From Lama glama (Eukaryota), in assembly GCA_028534125.1 (NCBI GenBank), contig CM052816.1:23314001-23378000 (forward strand): DNA of 64,000 nt, in the 5' to 3' direction. The position numbers and the translations under genes were made by a program. The notes under the pieces were generated by a model. That model ran no database searches. It saw nothing but the letters and a program-made list of their open reading frames with translations, and was not told the DNA's origin. Of the stretch, positions 54,271 to 64,000 are shown in pieces; within the stretch, counting starts at the first letter, position 1; every line of letters begins with the position of its first letter.

Positions 54271-56231
54271 TGAAATGATCCCCTAGATAAGCCCGCACGA
54301 CTCATGAACCATCCAAAAAGGAGAATCCTTGTCTCCCTGGCATCGCAGCTGCACAGCGGTGGATGCGTGACTGACGCCTATTTCTCCCACGCACGTCCTT
54401 ATTAGTCTCGCCAGCGCGTCTGTCTCCAGGCACTAAGCACGGTGAGTGTGACAAGAAGCTTTTGTTGCTGCTGTTGTGGGGACAGGGACTGGGGTGAGGA
54501 GACTACTCTTCTGCCTTGGTTCTTAGCGGTTTCCATGTGATGTCCCCTGAACAAATTATTTCAGATTTTTACTCTGCTCAAGACTAAATATGAAAAAAAA
54601 AGACCCTTGTCACATATTTGGGATGAGAAAAAGATATCCCGTAAAATACAGAGGGGAAAACTAGGATTTGGTGACGTCAGAGGAAACCGTGAGAATCTAA
54701 GCACTCGGAAACCCAGAGAGATCCCAGGAAGGGCACTGGACTTTCCACCTGCTATGCTGTAATATTTAAAACCAATTTTTATCCAGCTCTTAATGGACAA
54801 GACGAATAGAGCTGAGGACTGATGACACCGATTTCCTGCTGAACAGCACACACTGTACGCATGCACCCAGGCTAGAGAGAGGTGGTTAGTGCCCGTAATT
54901 ATGGAAGATACCGCCCGAGTTGATTAAGATTTCTCTCAGATGCTCTAAAATGCAAGAGGTTGATCTGTCTGTATTAAAAGAAGGCTTTGGAGCAACACAG
55001 CTGTTTAAGTAGAGGAAAACGTAATTATTTTGAGACAAGCTTTATTGGTAATCAGATGCTTCCATGGTCATGTTGATTAAAACCATATATCAAGATTTAA
55101 TTTGGGAGATTCAGGCAAAAAGGAAAGAAAACTTCAGGAAGCAGGTAAGTTAGTAACACCAGGAAGATCATCCCTAAATCAATTCAGCTTTTCCGCAGGC
55201 GTCCAGCTCCTCCTATGCTGACGTTCCCTTCTGAGCCAAACATTCCTTTGACTCCATCATCATCTGCTTCATGCTATTGTAACAGTTTTCCACTTACTAT
55301 CTCAGCAGTCTGAGCAACTGAATCATCGGAGCAGGTTGGTGAGAACTTATGTTAATACAACTAGTTAGAATTATTTTTTTGAATACCCATTAGCCTTTAT
55401 TGTGTTTTGTCCCCTTTTTTAAAATGTTCACCTCACAAAGAATAAATGACACCTCAAACATGGTGAACTTAAAATACTCATTACCCTATGGAAATAAACC
55501 CCACGTGATGTGTCAATACCAGATCATGACTCTTAAATATACTTTACCAATAATCCAATATTACCTTATTATATACTGCTACATGACTTAAAACTATACA
55601 TATATAATTACATAATTTTATCTATCTATATTTTTACCTATGTTTAGACAGGTAAATTTATATACATGCATTTATATTAGCATATATATGCCCAGTCTCT
55701 CAAAATTAAGAACTGTGGTTTCATGGACTCTATTGGCTATATGGTGCGTTGTAGTGATTTTAGTTATTTTAGGACAAAATATAGAAAATTTGCTATTTTA
55801 TGTACAGAAAATCCTCATTAGCTGGGCAAATCAGATGAACTTTCACATAATCTCAGAGAATGTCAAATGCACCTAACTCAAAAACAAATCCATTAGCCTG
55901 AAAAAGGTCAATCTTACTGATATTAACATATTTTTGCCTCAGTTTATCAATAATAAAAAAATTTTATAGAATCCATGTGTACATGTAGGGGAAAATAAAA
56001 AAGAAGTCATGATGTTCTTAAACTATCGCTTAAACTGTTCTCTAATATATAGTGCACATACGTCTTCAAGCTTAATAACTGAAGTATTGACAAATGATTA
56101 AACATACAGGTTGAAAATATCTATTTCTGACATTCTAAAAATACTTAATTGAAAGTAGCACTCTCAAATAACTGTCTTTGTTTAAACAAATATAGAACAT
56201 CTCCAGTGTAAAAATGTTTACATACACTTAC

Positions 56232-56275
56232 CAACAGTATCACACGGTTCATCTTTGTGTACACAGAAATCTTTC
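56232..56275 (-). CDS. ADAMTS19: ADAMTS19 internal 44-nt exon, metalloprotease domain: (R)KDFCVHKDEPCDTV(G)
   Basis: Minus strand ttttctttctag|GAAAGAT...ACTGTTG|gtaagt. 1+42+1 nt. The peptide matches the ADAMTS17/19 RKDFC..KDEPCDTVG segment and joins the next exon in frame (G|GT=Gly). Confidence 0.95.
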
Positions 56276-56849
56276 CTAGAAAGAAAACATAAAATAATGT
56301 GTGTTCCACAAAAAATAGGGAATATGTGACTCATTTTTTGTAGTTACATGGATAATTGAACAACATGCTTTATCTCCAAGAATTTAATACAACCAGAAAT
56401 AAGATTAATTTTTAATTCTAAGAAAATGTAAGAATGATCCATTTTTACCTGATATAATCCTGAAATATTTTGTCCTATTTCACAGACAATATTTTTTTAA
56501 AAATCCACTCTTGTTTTGAATTTTACAGAATTTCATTTATTATAAAAAAAAATCTGGTGTAGGGACATGGCTTCCTGTTTGAACAATACTACAAAATCTC
56601 TACTTCACATGATACAAAAATAATTTCCATATTGATGATTTAAATGTAAGAAGTACAATTCAAAACAATACAATATTTTATATAAGACTGGCAAAAATTT
56701 AAAGACTGATAATCATATTAATAAAGGCATAAGAAAGTTAGTATTTTTAGATGCATGGGATCTCACCATGAATAAAATTCAATAATCTTCTCTTTATCTG
56801 ACTGTTATATCTCGGAAAGCCTTCTCTAAATAGTAATGAGCTTTGAAGG

Positions 56850-57125
56850 CAAACTATATGGAAGCAAACCTTTTCATTTTGCTTTTTGCCAGTAAGTTGA
56901 CCTTAGGCAACTTATTTCACCTTCTTGTGCCTCAGTCACCCCACCTAAAAAATAGAGGTAACAATGATATCTATCCACCACACAAACTTACCATACAGGT
57001 TAGGTGATTTAACATGTTTAAAACATTTAAAACATAGGTTTACTGTGTGGTCTGAATGAGTTAATACACAGAAGGCATTTAAAACAATGCCAGGTACAAA
57101 AAAAGTTCTCAAGTCAGTTACTGAT
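56850..57125 (+). mobile_element. MIR SINE(s)
   Basis: tgaccttaggcaacttatttcaccttcttgtgcctcagt; gagttaatacacagaaggcatttaaaacaatgccaggtac. Confidence 0.75.
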
Positions 57126-58159
57126 GTTTTTGTCATCAGTGCTGTCACTTCTGTTTCTGTACCATAATTGCAATTTCCTATTGATGAGAATTTAGCTTCT
57201 ATAAAATTTTTTCTGTTACAAGAAATACTGCAATTTGTCTTTGTGTGTGTTTGAGGGAGAAAGGGTAGGAAAAAAGTTTGTTCTCCTATTATGGCCAACT
57301 GAATGTCATTCGTCAATGAAAAATAACTTTAAAAAATAAGTGTAACATTCCTTTCAATTTCCCCAATAACATCTACATTGACAATTGTAATGGTTACTTT
57401 TCAATTCACGTTTTCTTGGCTCATCCAGCAGCATCTGTGACTATATGCAGAGTTTGGCAAATGTTGCGTGCATGCTTAAAATGTGTACTTTCTAACAGTT
57501 CGGAGCAGAGCTATACGTTTCATTGGATCTAGCTATAACAAGCTCTGAGACAAAACTGCTCAATAGAATGAGACATTTTGATTTTATTTTTCCATCTGTT
57601 ACTGAGGAAGAGTTGTTAAAATTCCACTGTGGTTATAAATTTGTTGATGTTTTCTTGTGATTCTGCTAATTTTTGCTTTGTTTTGGCTGAAGCTAAATTA
57701 TCGCTCAAAATCTTTATAACTTGTTTAGAATTAATGTTTTTATGATTGTGTAAAGGCCCTACTCATCCCTTTGAACGCCTTCTGCATTAACAGTGATTGT
57801 ATCTAATATTAACAAATATTAATGTGTTAGTAATACCATTAATATTTGCTTGGCGTATCTTTTTCCTTTGTTCTATTTTCAACTTTCATTTTCTCTAATT
57901 CTCTTATAAATAGCATATGGTTAAAACTGTAAAACCTAGTTATATAATATCCCTATAAGAGATTTTAATATTTTATTACAAACATATTTGAATTTTCCTA
58001 TTATTTGTGGTTTCTATTTCCCAAGCTATATTATCTGTCCTTCTCTTCTGTTTTTCTCTTTCTTCCTGTAGTTTTATTTTCTGCTTTTTTTCTGCTACTA
58101 CTTTGAAAAATCACATCAGATTGTTTGATTTACAGTTATTTCTACATTTGAAAGTACAC

Positions 58160-58618
58160 TGTACTAGTTTCCTATTGCTGCTGTAACAAATTCCATCAAT
58201 TTAGTGGCTTAAGACATCTTACAGTCCTCCAGTCAGAAGTCTGAAATAGAATTCACTGGGCTGATGGCAAGGTGTCAGTAGGACTGTGTACCTTCTGGAA
58301 GCTCTGGATAAGAATCCATTGCCTTGCCTTTTCCAGCTTCTAGAGGTTGCCTGGATTTCTTGACCCATGGTCTCTTTCCATCTTCAAAGCTGACAACTGC
58401 ATCACTTTGACCCTTGCTTCTATCACAACATCTCCTGACTCTCTTGCCTCCTCCTTCCTCTATATCCTGTGATTACATTGGGCTCCCCGAGTTAATTCAG
58501 GATAATCTCCCTATCACAATACTCCTCAACATAATCACATCTGCAGTCTCTTCTGCTGTATAAAATAAAAGTCGCAGGTTCTGCACATTAGAACATGGAC
58601 ATTATTCTGCCCACCACA
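58160..58618 (-). mobile_element. MaLR LTR (MLT1C/D-like)
   Basis: tgtactagtttcctattgctgctgtaacaaatt...attattctgcccaccaca. TSD tacac/ttcac. Confidence 0.88.
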
Positions 58619-58739
58619 TTCACATAAAATGCCTAAAGCTAGAAAGTACCTGAGGTCTCCTGAAAAAGGCAAGGACATCAAACACTTTTAATGTAATCTC
58701 TTCCTTCCATCTTTCATGCTATTTTTATTTGACATTATA

Positions 58740-59220
58740 CAGGCATATCTCGTTTTATTGTGCTTTGCTTTCCTGTGCTTAGCAGATACTGCATTTTTTT
58801 TTTTACAAATTGAAGATTTGCAGCAACCCTGCATCGAGCAAGTCTGTCAGTGCCATTTTTCTAACACTGCTCATTTCATGTCTGTGTGTCACATTTTGGC
58901 AATTCTCACAATATTTCCAAATTTATTACTATTATTGTATTTGTTACGATGATCTGTGATCAGCGATCTTTGATGTTACTACTATGACTCACTGAAGGCT
59001 CCCATGATTGTTAACATTCTTTAGCAATAAAGTATTTTTTAATTAAGGTATGTAAATTGTTTTTTAGACGTAATGCTATTGCACATTTAATAGATGTAGT
59101 ATAGTGAAACAACTCTTATACACACTGGGAAACCAAAAAACTTGTGACTCCCTTTAGTGCAACACCTGCTTTACAACAGTGGTCTGGGACTGAACGTGTA
59201 CTATCTCCAAAGCATTCTTG
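58740..59220 (+). mobile_element. Tigger1 internal-deletion derivative (Tigger1a-like)
   Basis: Starts TA|caggcatatctcgttttattg. Tigger1 5' and 3' ends are joined near gatgttactactatgactcactgaaggctc. Right TIR decayed. Confidence 0.85.
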
Positions 59221-59279
59221 GAATTCCACCTCAATTTTTAAAATCTCAAGTTAGATAACTTTTTTTCTAAACTATTAGC

Positions 59280-60250
59280 ACTTACTTAGATTTGCCTATA
59301 TATTTAGCAATTTCTTTTCTCAGTAGTATCTTATGTCTTTACTTTCTAGAGAGATTGATTTTCTTTTTCTCCTTCAGCAAGGATCTGTGGATACCAAATT
59401 GTCCTGGACAACGTTTCCTAAATTCTCATTCGTTTGCACTTATTCATGACAGAGCAGTAGCTGAGTGCAGAATTTCAAGTTGACTTTATTGGCCCTCAGC
59501 ATAGTGAAGATATTATTTTCTTTTAGTCTAGCATTTATAAAGATAAATTAGAAGTCTGCAATGACCTTGCTCTTTTTTTCATTTGGTGTCTGATTTTTTA
59601 CTGAAATATAATTGACATATAACAACATAGTGTATGTTTAATTTTAAGATTTCTTTTTGTCTTTGTAGTTCTGCAGTCCCACCAAGATGTGTCCAGGTAC
59701 TGAGTTTGTTTTCATCTATCTTCTTGGGTATTTGGTGTATCTTTCAATTTGAAGACGCACAGACACGCATTCTTACCATTATCTTTTTAGCTAACTGCTC
59801 TCACATGCTCTCCACTCTCTTCTTTTGGTTCCTTTAGGTGCACGTTTGCTCTTCTCATTCTGTCTGTAACGCTCAAGCACTCTTGTACTTCCATCCCTTC
59901 ACCACTCTAAGCAGCCTTCTGGGTGAATCCCTCGGACCTGTCACCCAGTCCATTAGGGCTCTCTTTAGCTGAATCTACTCTGCTCTTCAACTCAGAAAAA
60001 GATTTTTAAGTACATTTTTAAGATGCTTTATTTTCCTCAATTTTCAAATCATCTCTTCTTTCTTCCAAAATACATTTTTCTCATATTTTCAATTTTCTGT
60101 GTTTTTAATCAAATGAACATGCTCTTTTATAATCCCTGTCAGCCTTTTAAAATACTCTTTTCCATGACTCTTTGCTCTTACGTCATTTCATGTTTTGGAA
60201 TTCTGCTGTGAACTCATTTAGTTGTACTTCATTGGTGGTTGCTGCGTGTG
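59280..60250 (-). mobile_element. Ancient L1/HAL1 ORF1-region remnant
   Basis: gctgagtgcagaatttcaagttgac..gaagtctg motifs in a T-rich body. Confidence 0.5.
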
Positions 60251-62000
60251 GTGAAAGCTGAAAGAGGGCCCATTCAGAGCAATTCTGCATGTGCTTTCAC
60301 TAAGAGCTTCAATGTTAGATCATATTCATGATAAAGAATGCCCAGAGGAGCCATTAGTTTTTTCCTAACATGGGTTCATGGCTGAGACAGAAAGAATGCT
60401 TCCTGTTGACAACCTGTGCTTGTTTTCAAAGCTTTCACCAGATCAAACTTTCATTAAGGATGTAGGTATCCAAGACTTCTGGCTGCATGTAATCATTTCA
60501 GTTCCACTTTCCCACTTTGTAAAGCCACAAAGTTTTTTCTTTATGTAGAAGTTAAACCCAAGAATTCAGATTTCCAAGCCCAACAAACTCCTACCAGGAC
60601 AACTATCATCACATTACCTCAGGAGCTTTCTATACATATGTTTTGTTTCTTTTTTCAAATGCCAGAGCCCTCTTATTTTTTGTTCATCTATGTATGTAAA
60701 ATGATTTCTATAATCCCTAGATGTCAATAGTAAGAACATTTTCTGATTATCTAGTTGACTAAATTATGACGTAATTAAAGGAAGTGAGCACAATCTGTGA
60801 CCTACCACATTGTAATTAAGCATACTGAGCCATATTTATTGTTAATATTAGATCTTAATATACACAGGAACAAGCCACATATGCCTTACTCTATTTCTAC
60901 ATTTTATATCATGCAACTACTTTTACCAAAATCTTTAAGCCTGCACAATTGCCTCAATAAGATGTTCACATCGACCTTAGTTGATTTACTATTTTTAGAA
61001 AGATACCTTTCTACAAATAGGGATTATGTAAGTTATAAATTACTGTAAAAATTAGTGATTAGTATAGTATTGTCATTTTTCTTCCATAAGGTTGGAGATG
61101 GAAAAAAAACTGTGTGGACAGCCATGGGTATGAGTGAGCTAGGGAATAAAGTAATCTACTATCAATAATTAATTACTATAAGCTTACTATTCCTTCAGGC
61201 AAATTTCCAACACAGATGATTTCTATGAAAGTTACAGAATCAACTCTTAATTATTAGAGTAAAGTGGGAAAAGGTAAAGTCCAGATAAAGAAGATAAAAA
61301 TAAACTGAAATGATGTATTTTTAACAGAAGGCAGGAAATGGATTCACTCTTAATTCATTTAAATCACCCCCAATATTTAGGAATGCATTTACCATTTTGC
61401 AGTTACAAATAACAAGACAACAGCAGTATGACAGTTTATCAGATGAACTGCTTCATAAACAACTGCTTGGAGATTTATTACTGCTGTGGATCTCTGAGGG
61501 AAGGACACTTCTCTAATACTGCACTAGGGCTCAAGGCAGGCAGAGACTCAGGCCCGCTTGCACATTTTTCCTTCCCCCTTCCTCTCCTCAGTTAACTCCA
61601 CCCAAAAACACTTGACTTCGGTTTGTTTCAGTGGCCGCGTTCTCTCCTGCCTCCAATTTTATAGTCCATGTCAGAGACATCTCTGTTTTGAAGAGGGCCT
61701 ACTGCTGAGACCTCGCATCTGACTGCAAGGGAGTGGGGTCAGCCCCCAAAACGCAGGATACACAACGTAGTACTGCGCTGCGCTGCGCTGTCTGCTGATT
61801 ACTGAGTATTTCTAAACAAGGGGAACAGTACAGCATGTTTTCACTAGTTTGTAAAAACTTCCATGTTTTTCTCAAATATGCTATTTTTTAATTGTGGGAA
61901 ATCTATAAACTAGTAAATCCATTTTGGATAACTGAAAAATAGGCTGTTATCAGTTGATACATTAATCTTCACTCGACACAAAATCTTTTATACACAGAAG

Positions 62001-62039
62001 ATATATATATACACATATATACATATATATATATATATA
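62001..62039 (+). repeat. (TA)n/(CA) microsatellite
   Basis: atatatatatacacatatatacatatatatatatatata. Confidence 0.9.
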
Positions 62040-62808
62040 ATCTTATCAATACTGCTTGTATATACCTTAGGAATCTACTATTCCACTGGACTGAGTGTTG
62101 CAAAGCTGACTAATTTTTGTTAATTATTAAGAAGTAAACAGCAAAGAAAAAAATTTAAATGAATTGAATAATCAGATTATCCATCAGCACTGAGGGGTCT
62201 AAAAACATACAGCTTTTTTTAGTATAAAAAATGACCTTCTGAAAATGCATGCTAAAATTAGAAAGAAAACTGTAGAAAAATGAGGGAAGACTCACTCAGA
62301 TTTTCTCTCATAAAAGGTAATCACTCGACCCATCCTACCCTAAACTTCTAAGTTAAATTATTGGATGGTGTTGCCCCCAATATTCAAGATACAAAACTGA
62401 AAAACTATGAATCTGAGCAAAACAAGACTGCTCCTAATTAAAACCTTGGTCCCAGGATCATAATAAAAGTTTTTTTAAAAGCTCAGTGATTCTCTGACAG
62501 CCACTGAAGCCCTAATTGTTCCCAACCCCCAGCATCTTTCCACTGGGAAACCACCTTCAAGTATGTCATATTTTCTGGTCACTGGCTTCTAGTCACCGAA
62601 CTTGTACATATAACCCCTGCTCAACTGAAACCCACTTTTTCAGAGGATCTAAAGTAGATCCTATAGTAAGAGAATGTGAATGGCCCTGGATCATACAAGC
62701 CCACTGGTTGAGATTTCTAGAGTTTCCTTATTCACCGTCTTTCTTGACGTGTGGGTCTTCAATTCTTCCTTTGATTCTAATACTACACAGGATTGTCTCC
62801 ACTCATCA

Positions 62809-62829
62809 AAATAATAATAATAATAATAA
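62809..62829 (+). repeat. (AAT)n microsatellite
   Basis: aataataataataataataaa. Confidence 0.9.
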
Positions 62830-63074
62830 ATCCAGAAAGACACATCTTCTGGTGTTCAGCCTGGGCAAAGCTGGTCTCTTTGGCTCAAAACCAACACCAA
62901 ATGATACAGGAAAATAAATGCCCTTGGTGGTGTAACACATTCAGAGCCTGAATATAATCACAGATGAAGAAGAATGGAAAAGGCTGCTGACATTTTTGTT
63001 ATGAGTAAATGATCAGATACAGTTAGCCTTCCTCTGCGTCAGAAGGAACAGAAATCAACTTTATCACAGAGACA

Positions 63075-63190
63075 GCATGCCTGGTTGTACAGGTTGTGCA
63101 CTGCTTAATCCTCAGGGTACATTTACACACACAACAATGTAAACGGCTCCCTCTACTGCTGTGGAGTGCACAACCTACACAACAGGATTC
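63075..63190. mobile_element. MER91-like palindromic hAT-Tip100 MITE
   Basis: Inverted arms aggttgtgcact (63091-63102) / agtgcacaacct (63165-63176) plus inner tttaca/tgtaaa. Confidence 0.75.
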
Positions 63191-64000
63191 ACTACGTGCT
63201 TCTTATATTGCCAAGCAGTGGATAAGAGGAGGAATATTAAGATAAATAAAAAAGACTTCTGCTCTGAAGACAAAACAGAGAATGATGCACAGTCACCTCT
63301 GTAATGTGATAAAGGGTCCATGATCAGTGAGGAAGAAGCCTAGGGAACTGTATCAAATAACGGATAGTTCTATTTTGCAGTTGCCTTTGCCAGCAAACAA
63401 ACGGAGAGAGAAACACCCAAAACAGATGATACTGAATAACATGGTAATGCAGAAAATTAAAGAACCACATAAAATCAAATCTTCACCTTAGGGCCAAGAA
63501 TCACGGAGTGCAAAGTATATTCAGATGTAGAGGGGAAGGGATTTTAAGTGCTTTCTCTAAATGTACAATACATCATATCATAACACATGAGGCTGCAAGA
63601 TGACTTTGATTTACATAATGTGAAACAAGGGACTTCATCTGTAACTAAACAACATGATAAAACTATGAGAAATGCACTGCTTATTGTCAAGGGCAGTTAC
63701 GAGTCCATCACACAGCCAATTTCTGTTCACTTAGCAAACAAATGAATCAAGCACATTATTTCAAAAAATACAAGGTCTTTTATCCAAAGGCCCTGGTAAT
63801 ATCTTTCAGTACAATAGAAGAACAAATTCTCAGCAGCATTTAAAAACCTCAGATCAGACTGTAATTTTTTTTTTAGACTGTTAATTCTTAATCTTCAATT
63901 CTTCAACTGTAAACTTCTTTCCAGAGGACTGAAATAATGTAATCTTAATTTCATAATACTCAAAAATGTTGAGGAGTCCGGGGAACAGAGATTTGTTTGC

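Noticed and set aside
1..64000. CRISPR arrays, operons, rRNA/snRNA genes, processed pseudogenes
   Set aside because: This is mammalian intronic DNA. I recognised no repeat-spacer array, RNA gene or retrocopy by eye, but cannot exclude weak ones.

Overview
AT-rich mammalian genomic DNA, very probably camelid (camel/alpaca), judged from a camelid-type tRNA-derived SINE and a young L1 3' end. The whole window lies inside ADAMTS19 on the minus strand. Four consecutive GT-AG exons (56275-56232, 27248-27143, 6011-5871, 4253-4103) splice in frame. They encode the C-terminal half of the M12B metalloprotease domain (zinc motif HEMGHNMGINHD, Met-turn) and the start of the disintegrin-like domain. The remaining ~99% is intron packed with repeats: L1, L2, MIR, MaLR/ERV LTRs, and hAT and Tigger DNA transposons. 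Repeat family names come from recalled consensus sequences, and their boundaries are approximate unless TSDs/TIRs are quoted. I found no convincing new biological system. The best leads are a Gly->Glu change in the conserved ADAMTS LPG motif, a frame-symmetric catalytic exon with weak splice sites, an RBFOX motif in an acceptor, a solo ERV1 LTR, and a few candidate intronic enhancers.
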